Below are positions 56,201 to 64,000 of a stretch of DNA of 64,000 nucleotides, in pieces. A program made the position numbers and the translations under genes. The stretch lies in NCBI GenBank assembly GCA_040387795.1, contig JAZKDC010000011.1:104561-168560 (forward strand), given 5' to 3'. Below the pieces are notes generated by a model. It saw nothing but the letters and a program-made list of their open reading frames with translations, ran no database searches and was not told the origin of the DNA. Origin of the DNA: Verrucomicrobiota bacterium (lineage in GTDB: Bacteria > Verrucomicrobiota > Verrucomicrobiia > Verrucomicrobiales > V1-33). Within the stretch, counting starts at the first letter, position 1. Every line of letters starts with the position of its first letter.

Positions 56201-56593
56201 GCCGCCTGGATGAGCCAGAGGGGCATCAGCAATCCTTTGTCGGATGACGATCTTGATGGGGAGACCGCCCTCGCGGAATACACGACAGGCGGGGAACCTG
56301 ACGGTTCTGTTTCGCCGGGCGCCCAGTCCGGTTCCATGGAAGCCACCACCGATGGTGTTTATTTCACCATCGCTCTCCGGGTGCGCAGCGGGGCCGACGG
56401 GGCCGACGTCACGGCGGAGTTTGCCAACGCCCTCCAGACCTGGAACAATCCAGCTCAGGCTCCCCCGGTCTTTCTCGGCCGCATGGTGGAGGAAGGAGGA
56501 TTTGAGACCATCCGTTACCGCTCCGGCATCCCCGCCGGTCCTGGTCCCCAGTTTCTGCGGTTCCGCTTTACAGTGGGAGGGACAGCTCCCTGA
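50279..56593 (+). CDS. Giant secreted lamin-tail-domain (LTD) x~5 / LamG / CotH-kinase-family protein
   Basis: 2104 aa. LTD units (VVIFNEVQYHP..WVELRN..VSGW.L, LVLNEITS.., VVINEIMYH.., QWIELYNKG..LAGWKL, LAISEIMYHP..FEFIEVAN). LamG (LLAWWPLNETTG..). CotH core (VGYSISFP, KEILIKHAINHAG, YELIYY, WLRAFAVQALFG..DSYS, NLLLYFRPDDGK..PWDMDFAF). Confidence 0.85.
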   Translation: MSSLSPRYRLLIVKGFALAAALTTASRGADSVVIFNEVQYHPAAGGTEWVELRNLNGVNVDVSGWRLSSAVDFRFPEGIVIPGHGFLLVAANPAHPSLAGKAALGPFTGSLANSGETLRLRNQTDRIMDEMTWSDGGDWPVGADGSGSTLARTQQGTAAAGPENWTASPEAGGTPKASNFAAAGAPAAVTQVISRTDNWKARAENTAPPAGWKAIGFDDSTWTSGAAAFYAGTPASSGAGEGLLAWWPLNETTGTTAANAAPGGAAASLQGATWINDAIRGRVLSLEGASDYVAAGATAVPVMTLTNDFTWAFHAWSGETGTSNVILGNRYSPSGSDFNPREFIKFTPGQFEFHRNGGGENIDYPDLPTGSWVHHAVVKKGASITYYRNGTTAGSATITQPTQNPQPLYFGGDRTAENWSGRLDDVALWTKALPASSVAGLASGSFTPLTTPTDPDGGASLTTALSAGSSTFYFRKTFSFSGNPALTTLTLEHLVDDGAVFHLNGVEIQRVNLPAGAVSHGTLATGEITDAAWSGAITLPGTALVSGTNVLAVEVHQQAAVDPDMLFAASLSTAEEPAPLPGLVPGLVLNEITSATDPAFRVELANEGTQPVVLTGWTLRSSSGASVSLPAQSLAAGGFLSLDAGALGFTPLDGDRLFLIAPDGLLTDARAVTNRLRGRLDGQWLYPASSTPGTANAFAPASEVVINEIMYHARPLAAMPGTPATYGTSSLLGWNAVWRYLADGSNPGDTWETVAHPAGGGWLTGTGPMGYESSPGVPVHPFMTTLAAPAGQSPFVRTYFFESGFTLTAAQIAAISALQITHEFDDGAIIHLNGTEVHRFQMPAEPVTAASFATGTGDAVLTGPVVLPGAAALLVPGLNRISVEVHQGSEGSSDVVFALSLEALAELTPAVPAQPFRDSDEQWIELYNKGTAAVDLAGWKLGGAVDFTFLPGASLAPGGYLVVSGNAAVFTAAHPGQPLAGVWSGNLSGSGERIDLLDAAGNPADTVDYHDGGRWPEAADGAGSSLELRDPRSGNQGPDAWASSNERARTAWQTVSYTSAATNGQGDPTLYNELILGLLDAGEILLDDISVIEDPNGTARQLIQNGNFSGGTTSSWRMLGTHRHTAVIDDPDSPGNKVLHLTASGSAEHMHNHAETTLKSGASFVTINSAQTYRISYRVRWLSGSNLLNSRLYFNRAARTTVLNAPLTAGTPGLVNSTHVANAGPGGQGLIHAPAVPAAGQAAVVSVELADPDGIAAATLFYAVNGGAFTSTAMANQGGGAWTGTIPAQGSGAKVQFYVRAVDVLGAESFLPAGGPDSRAMVPWADGQANLDYGDCQPNNLRIVMTTADADFMHTPAQVMSNDRIPCTIIYNESQIYYGCGVRLKGSQRGRPQDVRVGYSISFPPDQLFLGAHGTIAVDRSGSGDQFSQKEILIKHAINHAGGIPGMEDDLIRIIAPRSTHTGSAILLKSRFDKEWSDNQYDNGSDGRMFEYELIYYATTTTGGVEGLKLPNPDNVSGVAMRTQGGLDKELYRWHWLIDSNKDADDYSGLIGMLEALGLSGTAFRDTMDQRVDVDQWLRAFAVQALFGMGDSYSSGSQHNLLLYFRPDDGKAMYFPWDMDFAFSNGATSGVTDNGDLGRLLAASPAWERAYYGHLRDIITTTFNTTYMTPWAQHYSCFLPTEDLTGYLSYINTRRTTVLGLISAAVAQVPYRINSPDGTPTSQSTVLLQGDAWVDVAEIRLASTGLPLILTWTDDNSWQASVPVPSGNSVVVLNAYDRQGNLIGSDTVQVSSTSSAALAGPENLAISEIMYHPADPTPAELAAGFSDADDFEFIEVANLSAGSVALGSAGLTDGVTLTLPASTLPAGGRAVIVKNAVAFRARYGTAIAIAGEYGSSLSPSLSNAGEHLQLNSANGVPIAGVEWSDTAPWPAGADGAGYSMVLMGPGSRDPALPQNWRHSQSPGGSPGADDAIPLAAWMSQRGISNPLSDDDLDGETALAEYTTGGEPDGSVSPGAQSGSMEATTDGVYFTIALRVRSGADGADVTAEFANALQTWNNPAQAPPVFLGRMVEEGGFETIRYRSGIPAGPGPQFLRFRFTVGGTAP

Positions 56594-56640
56594 CGAGGGG
56601 CGGCTGGCTGGCCTGAAGTTTCATAACCTGTTGAAAATCA

Positions 56641-57968
<1,328 letters not shown>

Positions 57969-57997
57969 TTCCCGGTCACAGATCAGATTCATTTCAG

Positions 57998-58033
57998 CCG
58001 CCCGGCCGCTTCACCGCGCCGGGCGGTTTTTTT
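57998..58033 (+). terminator. Rho-independent terminator after gap
   Basis: CCGCCCGGC-(11 nt)-GCCGGGCGG followed by T7. It also lies 33 nt from the convergent stop at 58066. Confidence 0.8.
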
Positions 58034-58065
58034 GGTCCAGAGCATTGGCAGGGAATCAGGGGGGC

Positions 58066-60264
58066 TCAGGGTTTGGAGAGTTTCACCGCGGTGTATTTGT
58101 AGGACGGCTGGCGGGACCAGGGATCCACTTCCTGACGGGTCAGGAGATTGGTCTCGGCGTAGTGCATGGGCATGAAGACCTGGCCGGGCTGGACAATGGG
58201 GGTAACGACGGCGGTGGCCCGGACGCTGAGGCGGCGGGAAGTGATAGTCACCTGGCTCAGGGGTTCGATGCCCAGCGCCATGGCGTCGTCGGGATGGATC
58301 TCCACATAGACGTTCTCCGGATAGAGCTGGCGCAGCACATCGGACTTGCTGGTGCGGGTCTGGGTGTGCCATTGCGAGGTGGTGCCTCGGCCGGTCAGGA
58401 GGATGAAGGGATAGGTTTCGTCGGTGGGTTCGGCCATGGGGCGGGGGGACTCGAAGATGAATTTGGCCCGGCCATCCGCGGTGAAGAATTGGCCATCGCC
58501 GAAGAGCCGTCGTTGTGGAGCGGGCTCAGTCAGACCGGCCGGGCAGGGCCACTGCACTCCGCCCCGGGCCTCCAGCATGGCATAGTCGGTGATTCCGGTG
58601 ATATCGCAGGGCTGGCCGGTGGAGAGGCGCTTCATGATACGGAAGGCGGCTTCCGGGCTGTTCCATTCCGCGAAGAGCGGCGCAACCCCCCAGGATTCGG
58701 CGAGCAGGCGGAAGATATGGAAATCCGCGAGCGCCTGGCCGGGGGCTTTGGAGACTTTCCGCAGCAGGCCGAAGCGCCGTTCACTGTTGATGAAGGTGCC
58801 GTCCTTCTCGCCCCAGCCGGCGGCCGGAAGCACCAGATCGGCCATCTGGGCGGTTTCCGTGCTGTGATACATGTCCTGCACCACGAGGAATTCCAGCTTC
58901 TCCCTGATCTTCGCGAAGCGGCCGCTGTTGATCCACGAATGAGCGGTATTGGTGGCAATGATCCACAGTCCTTTGATCCGGCCGGACTCGATGCCATCGA
59001 TGATTTGATCGTAGGCGAGGCTGTTGGTCTCCGGGATCCGGGACACGTCGAGGCCCAGGGCACTGGCAATTTTTTGCCGGTGTTCCGGATTGGTGAAATC
59101 GTGGCCCCCGAGGAGGTTGGTGGTGTTCGAAAAGAGTCGCGAACCCATCGCGTTGCACTGGCCGGTGATGGAGTTGGCTCCGGTGCCGGGGCGGCCGATA
59201 TGGCCGGTCATCAGGGCCAGATTGATGATGGCCTGGGCGGTGCGGACGGCTTCGTGGCTTTGGTTTACGCCCATCGTCCACCAGAAGGAGACGCGTTTTC
59301 CCCTGACGATGGAAGTGATGAAATGGTCGAATCCGGCACGGTCCAAGCCGGCCGCCTCACAGGTTTTCTCCGGTGTGTAACTGGCCACGAATTCCGCGAA
59401 AGCCTCGTACCCGATGGTGTGCTGGCTGATGAAATCCGGGTCCACCGCTCCCGCCGCGATGAGGGCCTGCGCGGTGCCATAGAGAAAGGCGAGGTCGCTC
59501 TTCGGCGCAATGGCCAGATGCTGGGTGGCCGCCATCGCCGTCTCGGTGCGGCGGGGGTCGATCACGATAATGTCAGGCTGATGCCGGTTCCGGAGCACCC
59601 GCTGCCACAGGATGGGGTGGGCGATGGCGAGATTCGATCCGATGAAAACGAGGCAATCGCTCTCCTCGAAATCCTGATAGGTGTAGGGCGGGGCATCGAA
59701 ACCGAAGGACTCCTTGTAGGCCACCACGGCGGTGGCCATGCATTGGCGGGTATTGCCATCGCCGTGTTGGAAGCCCATCCCGAATTTGGCAAGAGCTCCC
59801 AGAAACGCCATCTCCTCGGTGGGGATCTGACCGGTGCTGATGAATGCGAGGCTATCGGGGCCGTGAGTCGCCTGAATGGATTTCAGCCGTTCCGCAAACA
59901 GAGTGGCGGCCGTGGTCCAGTCGATCGGCTGGAGGGTGCCGGAGGCATCGCGCCGCAGCGGCGTGGTGGCGCGGTCGGGAGCCCGGAGCGGGGTCAGGGC
60001 TTCCCAGCCTTTGGGGCAGGCCATGCCGAGATTGACCGGATAGTCCGCGTTGGGGGAAAGGTTGACCGCCTGGCCTTCACGCAGATGGATGCGGAGATTG
60101 CAGCCGGTGGAACAGTAGCCGCAGACGGAGTTCACCACGGCATCGGGGCGTTGGTGGCCGGGCACCAGGCCTAGACCGAATTCACCCGGTTTCTGCACCA
60201 GATCACGCGTCAGCGGACCGGTCCACTCACGTAGGGTCAGGGCAGGGAGCAGGGGCAGGGCCAT
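58066..60264 (-). CDS. Molybdopterin (bis-MGD) oxidoreductase, assimilatory nitrate reductase (NasA/NarB)-like catalytic subunit
   Basis: N-terminal 4Fe-4S motif CGYCSTGCN..(x)..C.KG, MGD-binding blocks throughout, and the C-terminal beta-barrel domain (FILLTGR..QWHT.TRT, VEIHP.DA). No twin-arginine signal. Confidence 0.85.
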   Translation of the reverse strand: MALPLLPALTLREWTGPLTRDLVQKPGEFGLGLVPGHQRPDAVVNSVCGYCSTGCNLRIHLREGQAVNLSPNADYPVNLGMACPKGWEALTPLRAPDRATTPLRRDASGTLQPIDWTTAATLFAERLKSIQATHGPDSLAFISTGQIPTEEMAFLGALAKFGMGFQHGDGNTRQCMATAVVAYKESFGFDAPPYTYQDFEESDCLVFIGSNLAIAHPILWQRVLRNRHQPDIIVIDPRRTETAMAATQHLAIAPKSDLAFLYGTAQALIAAGAVDPDFISQHTIGYEAFAEFVASYTPEKTCEAAGLDRAGFDHFITSIVRGKRVSFWWTMGVNQSHEAVRTAQAIINLALMTGHIGRPGTGANSITGQCNAMGSRLFSNTTNLLGGHDFTNPEHRQKIASALGLDVSRIPETNSLAYDQIIDGIESGRIKGLWIIATNTAHSWINSGRFAKIREKLEFLVVQDMYHSTETAQMADLVLPAAGWGEKDGTFINSERRFGLLRKVSKAPGQALADFHIFRLLAESWGVAPLFAEWNSPEAAFRIMKRLSTGQPCDITGITDYAMLEARGGVQWPCPAGLTEPAPQRRLFGDGQFFTADGRAKFIFESPRPMAEPTDETYPFILLTGRGTTSQWHTQTRTSKSDVLRQLYPENVYVEIHPDDAMALGIEPLSQVTITSRRLSVRATAVVTPIVQPGQVFMPMHYAETNLLTRQEVDPWSRQPSYKYTAVKLSKP

Positions 60265-60312
60265 CGGATTGGATTGGGGCGGAGGGAAAACCGTTTTGCG
60301 GGGGAGGGGCGG

Positions 60313-61938
60313 TCAATGGCGAGGCCGCGCCCGGGGGATGCCGGGCATTTTCAGGGCCACCACCGCCTGGAAAAAGAGCAGGCGTTCCGCGAATTCAGAG
60401 AGGAGCACGAGGGCAAAGGCCATCGCGGGGAAGTGCCAGATCAGGGCTGCGGCGGCCATGGCGGCGAAGAGCCGGCCGTGCCACCACGGGCTGAGCCGGC
60501 CATACATCAGGAGGGAGGATTTGGCGTGGGGGTGCGACTGCGGTTCTTCCTCCCGCCAGCGGTGGGTGAAGCGGGACACGGCGAGGGTGCGGACCATCAG
60601 CAAACCCATGGTGGCGCCGCAAAGCAGCGGGTGACCGGTCAGCCAGGCTGCGGCGGTGGCGGCCACCGTGAGGGTGCAGCCGGCCATGCTGAAGGTGGTG
60701 ATAGGGAACTTCCAGAGCGCGCGCCGGGTATCCGCGTAAACCATGACCGAGCAAAAGACACTGATGGCAGCGGTCAGGACCGCGATGGTGCAGGTGGCCG
60801 TGACGAAAACCGGTGAAGCGAGGAACGCGATGATATCCGGGAATGAGCTGGCCAGGGAGGGGAGGTAAGTCGTCAGCAGACCAGCCAGCCCCGGGGCGAT
60901 CACTGCCAGGCCGGCGGCTGGAGCGGCGGCACCGAAGGCGAGGATTTCGCGGCTGAGCCAGGATTTCCGCCAGCCCAGGAAGGCGCGCCAGGCCTTGAGC
61001 GGCTGGCCCAGATGGGTGGTGCTGGCGATCACGCCCAGAGTCAGGGTGATCGCGCCGGCCAGACGCAGGGCTGGCGGATGGTCCGGCAACAGGGCCGCGG
61101 CGAGCAGGAGACCGGTGGCGGTCTGAGTGAGGAATAACATGACAACCAGCGGCCAGTGGGCGTGCTGGGGTTCGACGGCGGCGGCATCCGCCGCGCGCAG
61201 TTCCCTCGTGGAATCGATCCCGGTGAAGATCGTGGAAGGGCGGGTGTAGGAGGAGTCCGCGCTGTCCGGCGTGAGGCGTTCCGCCCGGGCGGCGGTGTCG
61301 AAAAGGCTGCTCCGGCTCACGGTGACGATCCGGATGGCCTCGTTGGGGCAGGCCTGGACGCAGGCGGGAGCCTCGCCTTCGGCGAGACGGGTGATGCACA
61401 TGTCGCATTTCCTGACAATCCCACGCGCCTTGCTGTATTTCGGCACATCGTAGGGGCATTTCAGGATGCAATATTGGCAGCCGATGCACTGGTCATCCAG
61501 GTGGCGCACGATGCCGGTTTCTTCATCCTTTTCGTAGGCGAGGACCGGGCAGCCATTGGCGCAGGCGGGATCGGCACAGTGATGGCAGGCAGTGGTGACC
61601 ACCTGTTGGACCGGTGACTTCCGGTTGCCGCCGAGCAGCAGGCCGACATCGCGCCAGGTTTCATTTTCATCGAGTCCATTGAGGCTGTGGCAGGCACTTA
61701 CACAAGCCTTGCAGCCTGTGCAGGCACTGACATCGACCTCAAAGGCATACTGTTCGCCGGCTCCAGGTTTGGCGGCGGGAATGAGGCGGCGGTAGTGCGG
61801 GGCCAGGGCCGGGGATTTATCATGCCACGCGGCGAAGGCTTCGACCGGCGTCAGGGTCTGTTGGGTTTCGATCAGTTCGTCGATCAGGGTGCGGAGGGCA
61901 TCGCCGGAAGGAAGCGGGGCGGGGCTGGCGATGCTCAT
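60313..61938 (-). CDS. Fusion of a DmsB-like 4x[4Fe-4S] ferredoxin domain and a DmsC/YnfH-like polytopic membrane anchor
   Basis: CTGCKACVSAC, CHHCADPACANGC, CIGCQYCILKCP and CDMC..CVQACP in the N-terminal half. The C-terminal ~300 aa has about 8 hydrophobic helices. Confidence 0.75.
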   Translation of the reverse strand: MSIASPAPLPSGDALRTLIDELIETQQTLTPVEAFAAWHDKSPALAPHYRRLIPAAKPGAGEQYAFEVDVSACTGCKACVSACHSLNGLDENETWRDVGLLLGGNRKSPVQQVVTTACHHCADPACANGCPVLAYEKDEETGIVRHLDDQCIGCQYCILKCPYDVPKYSKARGIVRKCDMCITRLAEGEAPACVQACPNEAIRIVTVSRSSLFDTAARAERLTPDSADSSYTRPSTIFTGIDSTRELRAADAAAVEPQHAHWPLVVMLFLTQTATGLLLAAALLPDHPPALRLAGAITLTLGVIASTTHLGQPLKAWRAFLGWRKSWLSREILAFGAAAPAAGLAVIAPGLAGLLTTYLPSLASSFPDIIAFLASPVFVTATCTIAVLTAAISVFCSVMVYADTRRALWKFPITTFSMAGCTLTVAATAAAWLTGHPLLCGATMGLLMVRTLAVSRFTHRWREEEPQSHPHAKSSLLMYGRLSPWWHGRLFAAMAAAALIWHFPAMAFALVLLSEFAERLLFFQAVVALKMPGIPRARPRH

Positions 61939-61983
61939 GGGTGGGGAAGTTGTCAGTGGGCGGTCGTCGGCAGTCAGTTGAGG

Positions 61984-63717
61984 CTACGAAGCCGCGAGGG
62001 CTTTGAGTTCCTCCGGCGTGTGGCGGGTGGTGAAGGTCTGGAAGGATTCGTGGTCCTGCCGGTTTTTGGTCCAGCCGTTGAGCAGGCCGGCGAGGGCGGG
62101 TTTGAGTTCCTCCAGGGTGAGGGCCTGGAAGATCTGCCGGCCGAGGGCTTTCTGTTTGCCGAATCCGCCGCCGGTGAAGACGTGGAAAGACTCGGCTCCG
62201 GCGGCATTTTTGGCACCAAGCAGGCCGATGTCTCCGATGTAGTGCTGGGCGCAGGAATGCGGGCAGCCGGTGACGTGGACATTGACCGGCTCCGGGAGGG
62301 TCACGGTGGCGTCAAGATAATCCATCAGGGCGACCGCCGACCCCTTGGTGTTGGCCGCGGCGAATTTGCAGTAAGCATTGCCGGTGCAGGCGACGAAACC
62401 GGTGCGCACGTTGGACTGGCGGCAGGGGAATCCGAGGGCTTCCATGGCCGCTTTGAGGGCCGGGATGCGGGCCTCCGGGACGTGGGGCAGCAGGAAATTT
62501 TCCCAGACGGTCAGGCGGATCTCGCCCTGCCCATACTCTTCAGCGAGGCCGGCGACCGCCAGCATTTGGTCCGGGGACATTTCACCTACCGGGACATGGA
62601 CGCCGAGGTAACGCAGGCCGGGCTGGCTCTGCGGATAGTCCCCGATGTGCGCATGGGGCATGGCCGGGATGGTGTGAGGTAATTCCACCGCGGAAGTGGC
62701 ACGGGTCAGCGTCCATCCGAGCAGCTTTTCGGTGGCGGCGAGGTATTCCGGCAGAGGCATCTTCTCGAGCAGATACTTGAGCCGGGCGCGTTTGCGATCG
62801 CTGCGGTTGCCATGCTGGATGAAGATCCTCACCAAAGCCGCGCAGACCTCCACGGCCTGCTCCGGAGCGATCAGCACACCACAATCTTCGGCAAAGGACT
62901 TCAAACCGGTGGCACCGCCGAGGGCCAGGCGGAACCAGATGCCGGGGGCAATCCCTTCGCGGTTGGGCCCGACCCTGACTGCGCGCAGGCCGATGTCGTT
63001 GGTGTCTTCCAGCGAGCCGATTACACCCGCTCCGTCGATGGCGATGTTGAACTTCCGCGGAAGGTCGTAGAATTCCGGAGTGCTCAGGATGTAGTGGCCG
63101 AGCTGTTGGATCAGCGGCAGGGTATCGATCAATTCGTGGGGATCAAAACCGGCGGCCGGCCCGATCGTCAGGTTGCGGATGTTGTCGGCTCCCGAGCCTT
63201 TGGTGTGCAGGCCCACGCTTTGGATGCGGCGGAGGAATTCCGGAGCGTCTTTCGGCTCGATCAGGCGGACCTGGAGGTTTGAGCGGGTGGTGATCTGGCA
63301 ATAACCGGTCGTGAGATCCCTGGCGGTGTGGGCGATCTCGCGGAGTTGCCAGGATTTCAGCATCCCTCCGGGGATGCGCAGGCGGGCCATGAAGGCGCCT
63401 TTGATGGGCGACAGGTAAAAAAGGCCGCTCCATTTATAACGGAAAATATCCTCCTTCTCCGGCGGCGTATTGGTGGCGGCGTATTGCAGAATGTTCGGAT
63501 AGAAATCGAGCGGGTTCAGTGCCTTCTTGATGGATTCCTCAATGGTCAGGTCCTCGTCATCAGTAGAATCGGCAGCGGGCACGGGATCAGCCACCAGGTC
63601 ACCGAAGCGGAACCCTCGTGCCGCGACGCCTGCGAAAAAACCGTCGAGGTATTGCTGCTGCACCGGAGTGACGGGTTGGCCGGCGATTTGGGTTAGAGGA
63701 AAGGTGCGGGAGGACAT
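61984..63717 (-). CDS. NirA-family sirohaem/[4Fe-4S] nitrite (or sulfite) reductase
   Basis: IFRYKWSGLFY, RLRIPGG, TTRSNLQ, GADNIRN, and the Cys clusters ACTGNAYCKFA and VTGCPHSCAQHYIGDIGL. Confidence 0.85.
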   Translation of the reverse strand: MSSRTFPLTQIAGQPVTPVQQQYLDGFFAGVAARGFRFGDLVADPVPAADSTDDEDLTIEESIKKALNPLDFYPNILQYAATNTPPEKEDIFRYKWSGLFYLSPIKGAFMARLRIPGGMLKSWQLREIAHTARDLTTGYCQITTRSNLQVRLIEPKDAPEFLRRIQSVGLHTKGSGADNIRNLTIGPAAGFDPHELIDTLPLIQQLGHYILSTPEFYDLPRKFNIAIDGAGVIGSLEDTNDIGLRAVRVGPNREGIAPGIWFRLALGGATGLKSFAEDCGVLIAPEQAVEVCAALVRIFIQHGNRSDRKRARLKYLLEKMPLPEYLAATEKLLGWTLTRATSAVELPHTIPAMPHAHIGDYPQSQPGLRYLGVHVPVGEMSPDQMLAVAGLAEEYGQGEIRLTVWENFLLPHVPEARIPALKAAMEALGFPCRQSNVRTGFVACTGNAYCKFAAANTKGSAVALMDYLDATVTLPEPVNVHVTGCPHSCAQHYIGDIGLLGAKNAAGAESFHVFTGGGFGKQKALGRQIFQALTLEELKPALAGLLNGWTKNRQDHESFQTFTTRHTPEELKALAAS

Positions 63718-63769
63718 GGCGGGGATGGGGGCGGTGGGCAGGTTTCAGCAGGGCTCCGGGATGGACGAT

Positions 63770-64000
63770 TCAGTAAACATCGCGTTGGTAGCGGCCTTCG
63801 GCTTTGAGTTGGGAGATGGCAGCGGCGGCGGCTTCGGGGGAGAGGTGGCCGACGGTTTCGTAGATTTGATGGAGGGCGCGGTCCACGTCCTTGGCCATCC
63901 GGGACGCATCCCCGCAGACGTAGAAGTGGGCTCCTTTTTCCAGCCAGGCATGGAGTTCGGCGGAGCGTTCCAGCATCCGGTTCTGCACGTAGATCTTGGT
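63770..64000 (-). CDS. CysJ/CPR-type FAD-NADPH flavoprotein, C-terminal end only (5' part outside window)
   Basis: The reading frame is open to the window edge. [35 protein letters not shown]...GRYQRDVY* is the canonical C-terminus of sulfite reductase alpha / P450 reductase-type flavoproteins. Confidence 0.75.
   Translation of the reverse strand, partial: TKIYVQNRMLERSAELHAWLEKGAHFYVCGDASRMAKDVDRALHQIYETVGHLSPEAAAAAISQLKAEGRYQRDVY

Noticed and set aside
58045-60174. 709-aa plus-strand ORF
   Set aside because: It is antisense to the Mo-bisMGD oxidoreductase, whose frame has the Fe-S and MGD-binding blocks.

Overview
High-GC chromosomal segment. Spot counts of 60-nt blocks give about 58-75% G+C in most genes. 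The gene content points to a Verrucomicrobiota/PVC-group bacterium: a PVC-type haem-binding CxxCH dehydrogenase, a TIGR03067 protein, a PEP-CTERM anchor, and LamG/lamin-tail/CotH giant proteins. This taxon call is inference from gene content only. I support 41 CDSs (one truncated by the right window edge), one tRNA(CAT), two convincing intrinsic terminators, and several repeat or hairpin elements. I saw no rRNA, CRISPR array, transposase, integrase or phage genes. Left to right the window holds: (1) an LssY-like lipoprotein flanked by direct repeats; (2) a DUF305 + Cys-rich Csp3-like copper pair; (3) a Ca/Na antiporter, a B3-type metallo-beta-lactamase, a TIGR03067 protein and a CFA synthase; (4) a 1515-aa GAF/PAS hybrid histidine kinase; (5) two small envelope clusters (lipoprotein-DUF4239-AIM24, and OM barrel-DUF2092-NVNVNR repeat protein); (6) aspS; (7) a roughly 2.6-kb lower-GC islet with a membrane protein, a DUF2314 lipoprotein and a SUFU-like protein; (8) a translationally coupled DUF6605/PVC-haem dehydrogenase pair; (9) a tandem-SASA esterase and a Tat-signal amidase; (10) a tight RidA/Dsd1-like/GntP/M19 dipeptidase operon followed by a PQQ-type dehydrogenase-dihaem fusion; (11) a PI-PLC/GDPD-like enzyme and a CBM9-like + transglutaminase-esterase pair; (12) a cluster of FG-GAP, LamG/PEP-CTERM, CHRD-LamG and a 2104-aa LTD/LamG/CotH protein; (13) tRNA(CAT) and gap; (14) a nitrate/nitrite-assimilation-like operon with an unusual membrane FeS-DmsC fusion. 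I did not find a clear-cut defence or toxin system. The best candidates for something not yet described are the membrane-wired nitrate/nitrite operon, the low-GC DUF2314/SUFU islet, the D-amino-acid-type operon, the LamG-module/CotH cluster, and the structured repeat region upstream of aspS. All family assignments come from motif recognition by eye and need HMM or BLAST confirmation.
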